A stretch of 64,000 bases of DNA from Nemertoderma westbladi. Taxonomy: Eukaryota > Animalia > Xenacoelomorpha. The position numbers and the translations under genes were made by a program. Numbering within the stretch: the first letter of the stretch is position 1; each line of letters starts with the position of its first letter. The notes under the pieces were generated by a model. It worked only from the letters and a program-made list of their open reading frames with translations, was not told where the DNA came from and did not search any database. Positions 1 through 12,997 of this stretch are shown piece by piece. The stretch lies in contig JAUCBJ010004437.1 in NCBI GenBank assembly GCA_032718475.1, positions 1 through 64,000 of the forward strand, read 5' to 3'.

Positions 1-832
1 ACACGATCTTCGAAAACACCGCACTTTCCGGTTGGCTAGCCGATGTGTGCAGTCGTACTTAAATTATCGAAAGTATAACTGTTACCGAATCAACTCACTC
101 ACTTAACTAGTCTCAATCACTTAATTTAACTGCACTAATCATATTGTTTGTACTGTTATTTACCGTCAGTTATTAATTGTATCTATTTGTTGATGAAATA
201 TTGCCCTTTGGAGAATACGGATAAATCACCCAAATTTCCCAATTTTCTTGATACACTACAGGTTAGAGAGACAGGCTATATATAACAATTGCGATTTATA
301 TTAATGTGGTGTGTATTGAATCTAATGTTATTTAGCAGACCCGACATGAGTCAATTGCTGCTCTCTTTATGTGTGATCAAATATACTGACGGTCGGCAGA
401 ATAGTGTGCATGATTGTGATTGGTAACAAAGTATTTCCTAAAGAATACGCCTTATACTTTAATCATAAGCGGTATCGTTGCGTTTAGTATAAGTCCTAGT
501 TCTGTTTAAATAGATAGAGCGCCACGTCCTAAAGGAACTGTTAATATTTCCCGAAAGCCAATAATATCTGTCAGAAATTAATTATTAACGATCTATCGAA
601 TAATACAGTAGGTTTACACTGCAACCTTACACTGCAATAATAAAATTTAAGCATCCGAATTCAGCCTCCCGGGTGTAGATCCATCGGGTGAATGATCGCG
701 CATGGGCTGACTTCGGCTAATGTTTTGTTTATTAGCATAAAATATTGTCGTATGCTAAAGGTGTTTTAATTAACTAAAAGACATATAAATTTTGGCAGGT
801 TAAACTGCTAAAGGTCTTCAAAAGCGCGAACA
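1..832 (+). mobile_element. Partial LTR (3' or solo) of a BEL/Pao family related to the outer element, in the opposite orientation
   Basis: The reverse complement of 650-832 (TGTTCGCGCTTTTGAAGACCTTTAGCAGTTTAACCTGCCAAA...CATTAGCCGAAG...CCCGGGAGGCTGAATTCGG) aligns by eye with the LTR starting at 24804. It ends in CA at 832, followed directly by satellite. The left end lies outside the window. Confidence 0.85.
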
Positions 833-2730
833 GGGTGTATGGCAGTATGGTGTAGGTGTATGTGGGGGTGTATGGCAGTATGGTGTATGTGTATGTGGGG
901 GTGTATGGCAGTATGGTGTATGTGTATGTGGGGGTGTATGGCAGTATGGTGTATGTGTATGTGGGGGTGTATGGCAGTATGGTGTATGTGTATGTGGGGG
1001 TGTATGGCAGTATGGTGTATGTGTATGTGGGGGTGTATGGCAGTATGGTGTATGTGTATGTGGGGGTGTATGGCAGTATGGTGTATGTGTATGTGGGGGT
1101 GTATGGCAGTATGGTGTATGTGTATGTGGGGGTGTATGGCAGTATGGTGTATGTGTATGTGGGGGTGTATGGCAGTATGGTGTATGTGGGGGTGTATGGC
1201 AGTATGGTGTATGTGGGGGTGTATGGCAGTATGGTGTATGTGGGGGTGTATGGCAGTATGGTGTATGTGTATGTGGGGGTGTATGGCAGTATGGTGTATG
1301 TGGGGGTGTATGGCAGTATGGTGTATGTGTATGTGGGGGTGTATGGCAGTATGGTGTATGTGTATGTGGGGGTGTATGGCAGTATGGTGTATGTGTATGT
1401 GGGGGTGTATGGCAGTATGGTGTATGTGTATGTGGGGGTGTATGGCAGTATGGTGTATGTGTATGTGGGGGTGTATGGCAGTATGGTGTATGTGGGGGTG
1501 TATGGCAGTATGGTGTATGTGTATGTGGGGGTGTATGGCAGTATGGTGTAGGTGTATGTGGGGGTGTATGGCAGTATGGTGTATGTGTATGTGGGGGTGT
1601 ATGGCAGTATGGTGTATGTGTATGTGGGGGTGTATGGCAGTATGGTGTATGTGTATGTGGGGGTGTATGGCAGTATGGTGTATGTGTATGTGGGGGTATA
1701 TGGCAGTATGGTGTATGTGTATGTGGGGGTGTATGGCAGTATGGTGTATGTGTATGTGGGGGTGTATGGCAGTATGGTGTATGTGTATGTGGGGGTGTAT
1801 GGGAGTATGGTGTATGTGGGGGTGTATGGCAGTATGGTGTATGTGGGGGTGTATGGCAGTATGGTGTATGTGGGGGTGTATGGCAGTATGGTGTATGTGT
1901 ATGTGGGGGTGTATGGCAGTATGGTGTATGTGTATGTGGGGGTGTATGGCAGTATGGTGTATGTGTATGTGGGGGTGTATGGCAGTATGGTGTATGTGTA
2001 TGTGGGGGTGTATGGGAGTATGGTGTATGTGGGGGTGTATGGCAGTATGGTGTATGTGGGGGTGTATGGCAGTATGGTGTATGTGGGGGTGTATGGCAGT
2101 ATGGTGTATGTGGGGGTGTATGGCAGTATGGTGTATGTGTATGTGGGGGTGTATGGCAGTATGGTGCATGCGGGGGTGTATGGCAGTATGGTGTAGGTGT
2201 ATGTGGGGGTGTAAGCAGTATGGTGTATGTGTATGTGGGGGTGTATGGCAGTATGGTGTAGGTGTATGTGGGGGTGTATGGCAGTATGGTGTATGTGTAT
2301 GTGGGGGTGTATGGCAGTATGGTGTATGTGTATGTGGGGGTGTATGGCAGTATGGTGTATGTGTATGTGGGGGTGTATGGCAGTATGGTGTATGTGTATG
2401 TGGGGGTGTATGGCAGTATGGTGTATGTGTATGTGGGGGTGTATGGGAGTATGGTGTATGTGGGGGTGTATGGCAGTATGGTGTATGTGGGGGTGTATGG
2501 CAGTAGGGTGTATGTGGGGGTGTATGGCAGTATGGTGTATGTGTATGTGGGGGTGTATGGCAGTATGGTGTATGTGGGGGTGTATGGCAGTATGGTGTAG
2601 GTGTATGTGGGGGTGTATGGCAGTATGGTGTATGTGTATGTGGGGGTGTATGGCAGTATGGTGTAGGTGTATGTGGGGGTGTATGGCGGTATGGTGTATG
2701 TGTATGTGGGGGTGTATGGCGGTATGGTGT
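833..2730. repeat. Minisatellite of 33-bp and 27-bp units GGGGGTGTATGGCAGTATGGTGTATGT(GTATGT)
   Basis: Directly visible tandem array. Both unit lengths are multiples of 3, which explains the long repetitive ORFs here. Confidence 0.97.
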
Positions 2731-3697
2731 CAGACAACAGGTTTTACTGCATAGTGTATAAACAGCAAACATGGCGTTCTGATTATTCTAAAGTCCCTTA
2801 CTCGTAATAAATATTAATAATTTGATTATGCTAACGCCACGAAAGGCATTGTTCCATTAGATTAACTCGTTCTGATTTATAAGTTTATTGAGTAAACCTA
2901 AACAGCCATCATCGCGGGGACTACAGGACTATAGAACCTAGTCTACCAGCAACTCAGACCCCCTTCTGCCCCTCTTTTTCAACTGTACATCCCCCATGGG
3001 ACTTAGTACTTCAGCATTGAATTGTTTTGGATGTTTTGTTTTGAAAGTAAAAATATAGTCTGGAAGTTTTGTTTGTTTTAATTTTTCAGACAGTCACATA
3101 TCCCACCAACCAACAGTTCCTTCCCACTCCCGCGACCACTGTTTCATTATTATTCCCATTACGATGATGGAAATTAATATAATAAGTAATCCGATGGGAT
3201 TCAAATCCCATCTCCTGCCTCTCGAATTAACAGCAAAACAATAAACGAAAATCAATGGCTTAGAGTTCAGCAGTTATATTTGATATTTGATTTGGTTATA
3301 TTAAATTGCATATCCATTAAAATCTCATGAAATTGATACGGCAGTTTAGAGTAGATGAAAACGGCTACAGCAAGATTTATAAAATGAAGAATAAGTAAAA
3401 TCAACACACAATATTATCAATATAGACATTGAAGACAATTTAATAAACAAATATTATAAATAAAATATCTACAAACAATAATTAATACATCAGGTTCAGC
3501 CTATACAAAGTCATTATCCTCCATGCCTTAACCCGCAGAAGATCAAAGATCTACAGTAGGCCTACTGTAGTATGTATCGTTCAGTCGTTTTCTTCCTTTG
3601 TCATTACCGTAGTATTGATTGGCTCCGCCTCGTGGGTATTCCGGGTACCCCCGTTCGACATATTCGCATCTTAATTCGCATTGTAAATGTCAACTCC

Positions 3698-4654
3698 ATG
3701 GACATTTGTCCACACTGTGACAAGAAAGTCGCAGGTAAGAACTGCCTTGGATGCGAAATCTGTGGACATTGGATCCATGGATCGTGCCTGAAACTATCGA
3801 ATACTGAGGTATCCACCTTAGCCAAATGCGTAAACTGTAAAATCCTGTGCAATAAGTGTGAGGGAAGAGGTAGATTGGTAGTCCAGTCCTACGATTCCCC
3901 GGGAACCCCGGCCACATCGCTTTCTGACAAAATTGAAATGTTGAGTGACAGTTTAACGCTTAGGCTGTCTACTCTATCAACGGAAATTTTGGAACTCAGA
4001 ACTGAGCTAGATGGGGACGAAGATGTACACGTATCCTCGCGATGGAATGTGCAACGCGGAAAAGGAAAGCCCAGGCATTCTTCCGATCCCAGTACACCAA
4101 TTTCCAGAGCTGTGGATAAGTCCATAAAAGATGTTTTCCAAAAAGAACAGCTAAAGAAAGAGATCATTATTTCACGACTGAAGGAAGATAACGAGGTGTC
4201 TGTTAAAGATTCGGTGCTTCAGCTCTGCGAGTTGGCCGGGGTTGACAAGTCTTCGGTGGTCGAAGTGTCCCGACTGGGACGTCTTGGGAACCATGACCGT
4301 CTCGTAAAAGTCTCGTTCAACAGCGAACAGGGGGCCCGCACCTTTCATAAGAATGTGACTGCAAATGTATCATCATCAGACTTATGTAAAAAGATCCGCG
4401 TTCGCCCGAGTCTATCAGCGGAACAGCGCTCGCGTATCAAAGATAGAAATAAAGAGGTTTATGACCTTAATAAAGCTGCAAAATCTGAAGATGATCATTC
4501 CGAAAGCTACAGCCTAAGGTCCGACGGTTCAGTGTGGAAATTCGTTAAACACTCTGATGGTAAATGGAAACGCGATAAAACGTGGACCCATGTACCAGTC
4601 TCGGACCCTACCAACAATCCATCGGAGGCCTCACCGCCCTCGGAAAACCAATAG
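3698..4654 (+). CDS. LINE ORF1 protein with N-terminal PHD finger and coiled coil
   Basis: ATG at 3698. Motif CPHC...CLGCEICGHWIHGSC...CNKC is PHD-like, followed by a CR1/L2 ORF1-like region (IIISRLKED...RLG...RLVKVSF). The frame is intact. Confidence 0.8.
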   Translation: MDICPHCDKKVAGKNCLGCEICGHWIHGSCLKLSNTEVSTLAKCVNCKILCNKCEGRGRLVVQSYDSPGTPATSLSDKIEMLSDSLTLRLSTLSTEILELRTELDGDEDVHVSSRWNVQRGKGKPRHSSDPSTPISRAVDKSIKDVFQKEQLKKEIIISRLKEDNEVSVKDSVLQLCELAGVDKSSVVEVSRLGRLGNHDRLVKVSFNSEQGARTFHKNVTANVSSSDLCKKIRVRPSLSAEQRSRIKDRNKEVYDLNKAAKSEDDHSESYSLRSDGSVWKFVKHSDGKWKRDKTWTHVPVSDPTNNPSEASPPSENQ

Positions 4655-5863
4655 GGGGAGAGAATCGCAAAAAAACACCAATCCTAAACTGCTGCTGCTT
4701 AAACGCCCGTTCGCTGAAAAATAAACTGTCAGATCTAGGAGTATTTCTCAAGGAGACTAGTTACGACATCATCGCGATTACAGAAACATGGATGAACGAG
4801 ACTATACCCGATGCAATGATCACATCTAGCACAAACTTTAATATGTTTCGCAATGACCGGAAAACTAGGGATGGTGGCGGAGTCATAATTTTAGTTCGCG
4901 ATCAATTTCGTTGTGTACGGGTAAACCTACCCAACACCTATAATGATGCCGAAGTGGTCGCCATCGATCTACTTGGAAAAGCGCCGTCCAGATTCGTGTG
5001 CGCCTACCGACCCCCATCGCGTTTACTGATTCCAGATAACAGCAGCTTACTATGCGATGCACTGTCTTTACTATCGGATGTTAACTACCCGTGCGTTATC
5101 ACTGGCGATTTCAATCTTCCTTTGTTCAACTGGAAGGAAAGTATCTACCCAAATACCGAACTTTATGAACGCGTCGCAGCGCTGCCTGTTAGAATCAAGT
5201 TTAACCCAGTTACAACACGAGCCTACCCGTGGCTCGAGTAATCTAGATTTGGTTTTCACTAGCGATGAACTATTTGTCGCAAACGTGCGCACATTCGAAC
5301 CGTTTTCCATCAGTGACCACGCTGGAGTTTCGTTCAACATTCTGGCCCCAGCCCACAATCAGAGTCATGACAAACCGGTTGGCTACTTCGACTTCAATAA
5401 GGGTGATTGCGACGGGTTTAATGTATATGTACGGAACACTAACTGGAATGACCGGTTTCAGTTTTGTAATACAGTTAATGACTTATTACTTAAATTTTAG
5501 TGATGTTTTAAAAGAAGGGATTAACCTGTTTGTACCGTTCAGAACACCAAAAAATACTAGTAAAAAAAGTTATCCAATTTATGTAAAACGTCTACAACGT
5601 GTCACTAAGCTGCTGTGGAGACACCGCCACACAGCATCTGGTATGCGAGAATATAAGAATGCGGCGCAAGCCGCCTCTAAAGCGGCAAACCAAAATATTG
5701 AATTCTGGTGACAGAAATTACATATTTAAGTACCTAAACTCGAAACGCAAAAACAAATCCGGTGTTAGTCCGTTGAATTACAAGGGTACGGTGGCCCAGA
5801 ACGGCCAAGCAACTTTTTAAATGTAAAGTGTTCTTTTTAGTGTGAAAATGATCTTTTCATTGT

Positions 5864-6353
5864 GAAAGTGTAAATCTGAAAGTGCGAAAGTGTAAATTTG
5901 AAAGTGCGAAAGTGTAAATTTGAAAGTGCGAAAGTGTAAATTTGAAAGTGCGAAAGTGTAAATTTGAAAGTGCGAAAGTGTAAATTTGAAAGTGAGAAAG
6001 TGTAAATTTGAAAGTGCGAAAGTGTAAATTTGAAAGTGCGAAAGTGTAAATTTGAAAGTGCGAAAGTGTAAATTTGAAGGTTCGAATGTGTAAATTTGAA
6101 AGTGCGAAAGTGTAAATTTGAAAGTGCGAAAGTGTAAATTTGAGAGTGAGAAAGTGTAAATTTGAGAGTGAGAAAGTGTAAATTTGAGAGTGAGAAAGTG
6201 TAAATTTGAGAGTGAGAAAGAGTAAATTTGAAAGTGCGAAAGTGTAAATTTGAGAGTGAGAAAGTGTAAATTTGAGAGTGAGAAAGTGTAAATTTGAGAG
6301 TGAGAAAGTGTAAATTTGAAAGTGAGAAAGTGTAAATTTGAGAGTGAGAAAGT
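5864..6353 (+). repeat. 22-bp tandem array (GAAAGTGCGAAAGTGTAAATTT), left foldback arm
   Basis: Directly visible, roughly 22 units. Confidence 0.95.
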
Positions 6354-6659
6354 ACATACATAACAGTACAGTCTGACAGTACCGTTATGCTAAAGAACGT
6401 TTCTGCTGCCACAGCTCTGACAGACTGACTGCACCACACAGTGCGCCCAGGGCGCAGGGCCAAAGGCCAGCAGACTACATGATGATATGACAAAGCAAAT
6501 ACTGATACCTGTATACATACCAGCCCCAGTGGGGATAGCTGGAGCAGCTTTAGTCCAGTACTGCAGCAGTCGATTTACCGAACAGCACAACAGTCAGACA
6601 GGGCATGGTCGATCACTAGTCCAGCAGTCTAAATTTAAAAATCCCACCTTGTTTCTAGC

Positions 6660-7650
6660 TTTCAAATTAACACTTTCTCGCTTTCAAATTTACACTTTCG
6701 CACTTTCAAATTAACACTTTCGACACTTTCAAATTTACACTTTCTCACCTCAAATTACACTTTCCACTCTCAAATTACACTTCTCACTCCAATTACACTT
6801 TCTCACTCTCAAATTAAACTTTCTCACTTTCAAATTTACACTTTCTCACTTTCAATTTACACTTTCGCACTTCAAATTTACACTTTCTCACCTCAATTAC
6901 ACTTTCTCACTCTCAATTTACACTTTCTCACTCTCAAATTACACTTTCTCACTCCAATTCACACTTTCTCACTTTCAAATTTACACTTTCGCACTTTCAA
7001 ATTTACACTTTCGCACTTTCAAATTTACACTTTCGCACTTTCAAATTTACACTTTCGCACTTTCAAATTTACACTTTCGCACTTTCAAATTTACACTTTC
7101 GCACTTTCAAATTTACACTTTCGCACTTTCAAATTTACACTTTCGCACTTTCAAATTTACACTTTCGAACTTTCAAATTTACACTTTCGAACTTTCAAAT
7201 TTACACTTTCGCACTTTCAAATTTACACTTTCGAACTTTCAAATTTACACTTTCGCACTTTCAAATTTACACTTTCGCACTTTCAAATTTACACTTTCGC
7301 ACTTTCAAATTTACACTTTCGCACTTTCAAATTTACACTTTCGCACTTTCAAATTTACACTTTCGCACTTTCAAATTTACACTTTCGCACTTTCAAATTT
7401 ACACTTTCGCACTTTCAAATTTACACTTTCGCACTTTCAAATTTACACTTTCGCACTTTCAAATTTACACTTTCGAACTTTCAAATTTACACTTTCGCAC
7501 TTTCAAATTTACACTTTTGCACTTTCAAATTTACACTTTCTCACTTTCAAATTTACACTTTCGCACTTTCAAATTTATACTTTCGCACTTTCAAATTTTT
7601 ACTTTCGCACTTTCAAATTTACACTTTCGCACTTTCAGATTTACACTTTC
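6660..7650 (-). repeat. Same 22-bp tandem array inverted, right foldback arm
   Basis: Directly visible, roughly 45 units. Units at 6720-6960 carry many 1-bp deletions. Confidence 0.95.
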
Positions 7651-9962
7651 ACAATGAAAAGATAATTTTCACACTAAAAAGAACACTTTACATTTAAAAA
7701 GTTGCTTGGCCGTTCTGGGCCACCCTACAAGGGCGACACGATTGTAGACGATAAAATTAAAGCCAAAATTCTAAGTGAAGTTCTCTCCGAGAACTTCACT
7801 AAATATAATAACTGGGTTCCAATATTTACACGTAAAGTTGGTAACAATGTTAATTTGTCTAGTGTTGGTTTCAGCCCAGTTAATGTGTTAGTTATGCTAA
7901 ATAAGCTCGCGTCTAAAAAGAGTAGGACCCCTGATGGATTGCCAGCAATTTTATTTGTTAAACTAGCGTGTTGTATAGCAGCCCCATTATCAGCAATCTT
8001 TCGAGTATCATTCGAAACGCACGCATTACCATCTGTCTGGCTGACGGCCAACATAATACCAACGTTCAAAAAAGGCGATCCGTCAGATCCTTATAACTAT
8101 CGGCCTATATCCCTTATCTGTATTGCTTGTAAACTCATGGAAATGCGCATTAAACAGGTTTTAATAGATTATTTATTTTCTCATAAATTAATAAGTAGGG
8201 CACAGTAAGACGGTTTTTTACATCGTAAATCCACCTGTACTCAAATGCTAGAATGTGTTACTAATTGGTTCAATTTAATTGATTAACGAAAAGAACCGAG
8301 GAAGATTGTGATTCTCTAGCCTCAGCCCTTCAAAACTTGGAAGACTGGACTAGAAAATGGCAACTAACAGTAGCGGCGCACAAATGCTCGGTTGTTTACG
8401 TAGGTGGAAATAATAGTAAATTTGTTTATAATTTAAATGGTGCAGTGCTTAAATCAGATACATACTGTAAGGATCTAGGTTTAATCGTGTGTACGGACCT
8501 AAAATTTGATAAATACTGTAGGGAACAAGTTGCAAAAGCGTACAAAATACTGAACTGGATATTTCGTAGTGTACTGACAGCTAATATTAAAGCCCTGCTA
8601 ACAGCATACAAGACTCTGGTAAGACCGTTGCTGGAATATTGCACACCCATATGGTCCCCTTTCACAAAAAAAAGTATTGGCCTTGTTGAGAAAGTACAAC
8701 GGTACTTTACCAGACGATTTGTACGCTCGCTGCAAACTACCGTATGTCAGTTACCTCAATCGCATACAGTATCTATCTGTGCAACCGTTAGAGGTGCGTA
8801 GAATTATTTTCGACCTCAAAATGTTGTATCGTATAAAGCATGGTTTAGTAGATATAGATTTCAATAAGATGTTCACAAGTGCCCCAAGAGCTGGTCTACG
8901 TGGTCATAATCATAAACTGTATGTTCCCCAATGTAGACTTAAAATCTGTAAGCATTCATTTTCTCACCGTGTTGTGCCCGTATGGAACTCATTACCAGCA
9001 CAAGCTGTTGATGCCAAAAGTATAAATATTTTTCCGTGCAATTATTAAAAACGGACTTACTTACCCACGCAAAATTCACTCGTTGATTCCAGATTTTTTT
9101 CTTTACTTTTTTTTATTTTTCATTTCATTTTCGATCATCACCATTTTTTATATTAATCACTATGTATACAATTATTCACACCCATAAGTGCCCTGAGCCT
9201 GGGTGGTTCTCTCCCACGACCACTTGTTTTAGCTACCGACAACTACAGTACATTACTTTTTACATGTCCGTGTTTTATTTTTATTCGTTTTGCTGTTTAC
9301 CTTATGTACAAGTTACTTAACTAATGTTGTGTTTGTTTGACCGATTGTTTTATTCGTGTATTATGTATTGTATTGTATTATGTTCTGTTTTTAACTACTT
9401 GATCCCTCGTGTAAATAAATAAATAAATAAATCTCTTCGTGGTTGATTCGCCGTATTCGCATCTCATCGAGGAAGTTCCGGTCCGGGTACCCCGCTTAGG
9501 CCTTTTCATTCATTATTGTTGTTTTTAAAGACCACCGGTACCTACACCTACCTACATTCACCCTACACGTGCACCTACATGTAGGCCATATATACCTACA
9601 TGTAGCCCCTATGTAGGCTATACCTCTACGCAAAAGTTATACCCAACACTTAATTCTGTAATTGAAAAAGTCAGCCTTCGGTAATTCTTTACTGTAGGCT
9701 CTTGTCATGGCCTGTGTAGTGTGTATACTGTATTACTGTATTAGGCTATGCAGCTACTGCAGTACTGAGCTATGTGTCAAACTGTCAGACCTGCAGACTG
9801 TAGTACAGTCAGACAATAGTATTACAGTACAGCTGTTGCTGTATACAGGTACATAGGTATATGATTAGGAACGATTCTTGCTGACTCTGCACAGCTGTAC
9901 CCTGGTACTGGATTAGTGGATTGTAACATTTCCCAAAGCTTGTTTTACTTTACTGCTTTACG

Positions 9963-10697
9963 ATGGATCTTCAAAGGATAAAACCGGTATTTGATCTTTT
10001 CCTCAATGATCAATGCTACGAAAAGTTGGTGGTTAACGGGACTTTAACAAATTCATCCGAGTGCTTCGCATTGGCGTTCAGCAAACTCCTTGGTTATTTA
10101 ATAATCGCGGGTTCTGTGATGGTAAAACTCCCCCAGATTGCCAAAGTCGCCGTAGCGGGATCCGCTGATGGTATAAACATCCCGGCCCTGCTAGGCGAGA
10201 TTGCCGGGGCCACCTTCACGGTTGCCTACAGCTATGTTCTAGCCTTCCCCTTCACGGCGTGGGGCGACGGGGTTTTCCTAATCGTGCAGAATCTCCTTCT
10301 CGCGGTACTTTGCTTCCACTACACGAAGCAACCTCTGTTCGCAGCGGGATTAGTTGCGATTTACTCTGTTATTTTCACCGTTCTCTGCAGTGGACTGACT
10401 CCAGTGGCTGTTCTTGCATTGTTCCAGAGTCTAACAGTTCCAACAGTCATCGCAGCTCGTCTCGGTCAAGCCAGCACTAACTACAGAAACGGGAATACCG
10501 GTCAACTATCCTTTATCACCGCTTTGCTACTTTTCGTCGGCTGCGTCGCTCGTATATTTACGTCTATCCAGGAGACTGGTGACCGTTTACTTATTATCAC
10601 ATTCATTGTGGCAGCGTTTTGTAATGGGGTTATATTATTCCAAATCTTATGGTATTGGAATGTGAAACTGACTCATCCGGGCAACAAGAAATTATAG
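9963..10697 (+). CDS. MPDU1: Mannose-P-dolichol utilization defect 1 protein (Lec35, PQ-loop family), single coding exon
   Basis: 244 aa with family motifs SKLLGYLIIAGSVMVKLPQIAK, FPFTAWGD, NYRNGNTGQLSFIT, ARIFTSIQETGD and QILWYWN. AATAAA at 10995. Confidence 0.93.
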   Translation: MDLQRIKPVFDLFLNDQCYEKLVVNGTLTNSSECFALAFSKLLGYLIIAGSVMVKLPQIAKVAVAGSADGINIPALLGEIAGATFTVAYSYVLAFPFTAWGDGVFLIVQNLLLAVLCFHYTKQPLFAAGLVAIYSVIFTVLCSGLTPVAVLALFQSLTVPTVIAARLGQASTNYRNGNTGQLSFITALLLFVGCVARIFTSIQETGDRLLIITFIVAAFCNGVILFQILWYWNVKLTHPGNKKL

Positions 10698-12894
10698 TCT
10701 TTCTCTGACAAGGACAGCATTTAGAGTTTATAGCTGCAGTGTTCATTGCAGAGTGTTAGGTTTATTGCATTTTATTGCAGTATTATATTTTTAATGTTAA
10801 AATACACCCCAAACATTGTGTTTTTCATGGGTGCGTTGAATCTGAACATATATCTAACACCAGTCTTACTACCTACTACCTATATAGGCCGAAGCCAAAA
10901 TCACAATAAATTAATTGTTGTTTTGTCGCTAAAGATTTTGGTGTTCTCAGACACTTCACGATTTCTTCACCGACTTGATATTTTATGATTTTTAAATAAA
11001 TTATTTATCATTGTTAATTATTTGTTTTAGAACTTATGTTATTTTTATGGTGATTTTACTATACTATATTATATGGTTTCTGATTTGTAGTGCTATTATT
11101 TTGATGCCAATTTGTTAAAACCATGGATAAAAGTGCCCTATCTGTGTCAGTGATATTTACTCTATATAACTATCATCTAGAGTTGAAACAGAGACCCATT
11201 TTTCTTAATCCCGGTGAACCAGAGAGAGACCTACCCAGAGAATTATTTTGGAAAATACCGGAGACCAGAGCCAGAGATCAGAGACTGCTTATTTTTGTAC
11301 TTATAATTTGGTTATGTCACAAACAGGTTCGTATGAACTGAGAACTATTTATGGTTGAATTACAGTAAATCCAACCGATTCAACCCTTACCTAATGAAAA
11401 AATAAGCGCAAGTACAGTTTGGGTTAATGTTAATATGTTACATTAATTTGTTTTGCTACATAGGGACTTTGTTAAATAAAAAAGGCACTTAATTTACAAC
11501 TGTTAAAATCATATACTTTTTAATGTATTCTATAAACTTGGTCATTTACGAATATAGTTAGTCCACAGGTGCAGTACACTACTCGGTACTCGGCCCTATT
11601 ACAAGTCTCGTTACGCTCGTTCTCTTCATTTGGTCGCTGTAATATAGCCTACAACAAGGTGAAAAGACCTCTGCCTTTACTTTTACATGTAAACTTTATG
11701 GGTGCTCAAATTAAGCACCCTTATTCTTAAATAAGAACCTCTTTAGGTGCAAATTTAACTTAAAATGAAACGCACTGTAAATTAAATAGAAGACTAGAAA
11801 GCCAGCAAGCTGGCTGGAAGGAGCCCGGGGGAAGAAGCCTATTAAAAGACTATTACAAATAAACCTTGTCGGTCAGCAGTAAGTAAACTAAACAATTGTC
11901 TAAACTATAAGGCGTGGGGCTAGCTGACTTTGTGGCTCGTCCCACATAATAAAAAATGAAACTTTGCTATGTCAACACACCCGGTTCTTTTAAATTTGCG
12001 TGATTTGCGTTTTATGCTCGCACCCCTATTTGTAAGAAATGTTAAAACTTATCTTACAGTATGCCAATGTAGTAATGGTATTAAAATATAATTAAATTAA
12101 TTTGCACTATTAATGCTTCAGCTAAAAAATGATGCTAATAATAATAAAAATAAGAATATTATTTTTAAGAACATTCTACATATATCCTATACAAAATTAT
12201 CAGCCCAATGATTCGTGGAATAATAATATAATCCTACTGCACAGTGGTATATTTTATTTTGTTTATTGACAACTCAACTATTTTCTGTCTATCCCTGAGA
12301 GCTGATAAAGGATGTGTAGACTCAGCCAGCAGCCAGGAGCAGGAGGGGTGTAGTCAAGAAATTATGCCTTGATGGAATTCTATCTCAAGCAGCCCGGCAC
12401 TCAACCATTCCTACACAGCTAGCTGCTGCAGCAGCTCAGGAAGGAGTTGTTACTTTACCATTGCTTTTAATTTCGCGACAAAATAATTTCAAAAAACTAA
12501 ATATATCGAATACCACACATTGAATGTTTATGCTTATGGTTCAATGTGGGCACACCCAGAAACGAAGCTGCCCCCAAAATCACCCAACCAGGGGAACACT
12601 AACACTATCCAAGTTCGGAGATGGTCTCAGTCCTGTGCCTTGATTCGTCTGTCGATGAAGGAGAGTTATTGCTATTGGCTGGCCTCCATGGGTTGGATGC
12701 AAAAACCACCATATTGTAAATACAGTTGTTAAAGGTACACTCGCCATTTACACCAGTGCCGTATTTACTCGTATCTGTATTGCTGCATTATTACTATTAC
12801 TATTACAGCGGTACAACACCCTACTACAAACTACAATTACCTTAGTCTTAACAACCAGTTAACTCTCAACAATGTTAACGCCCTACATTGTACA

Positions 12895-12997
12895 GTACTG
12901 TAATATTATTAAACGCCGGGCGTTTATTCGGGGAAGGCGTATAAGTTGCTAATATGATGGTAGGGGGGGCTCTTATTCGAGTAAATAAATACGGTAT
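12895..12997. mobile_element. Small degenerate Tc1/mariner (Tigger-like) MITE
   Basis: TACTGTA...TACGGTA ends with internal GGGCGTTTATTCG and GGGCTCTTATTCG repeats. Confidence 0.35.

Larger units (their letters stand above)
5787..7727. mobile_element. Non-autonomous foldback DNA transposon (IS3EU-like termini) with 22-bp tandem repeats in its arms
   Basis: TIR TACGGTGGCCCAGAACGGCCAAGCAACTTTTTAAATG.../...CATTTAAAAAGTTGCTTGGCCGTTCTGGGCCACCCTA. TSD CAAGGG at 5781-5786 and 7728-7733. Removing it restores the LINE frame (PLNYKGDTIVDD). The IS3EU label rests only on the TAY terminus and 6-bp TSD. Confidence 0.85.
4651..9060 (+). pseudogene. LINE ORF2 (APE endonuclease + reverse transcriptase), disrupted
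   Basis: APE motifs LNARSL, ITETW, DR..RDGGGV, YRPP, GDFN, LDLVF, SDH; NYRPISL; C-terminal LEYCTPIWSP and WNSLP. It has frameshifts and stops, a foldback insertion at 5787-7727, and the RT core (KAFD, PQG, YADD) is missing near 8290. Confidence 0.88.
3600..9432 (+). mobile_element. CR1/L2-clade non-LTR retrotransposon, near full length and inactivated
   Basis: PHD-finger ORF1, APE endonuclease and RT-flanking segments in order, and a (TAAA)n tail at 9412-9432. The 5' boundary is approximate. Confidence 0.88.

Noticed and set aside
808-2772. Long His/Pro/Thr-, Cys/Met/Trp- and Tyr/Val/Gly-rich ORFs in several frames
   Set aside because: Artefacts of a minisatellite with 27- and 33-bp units that lacks stops in most frames.
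5837-6493. ORFs with repeated TLSHFQIYTF
   Set aside because: Translation of the 22-bp foldback array.
9433-9500. tRNA/SINE-like GC-rich stretch after the LINE tail, sharing TATTCGCATCT and CCGGGTACCCC with the LINE 5' end
   Set aside because: No clear A/B boxes or cloverleaf, and the motifs are in a different order, so it is neither a TSD nor a supportable RNA gene.
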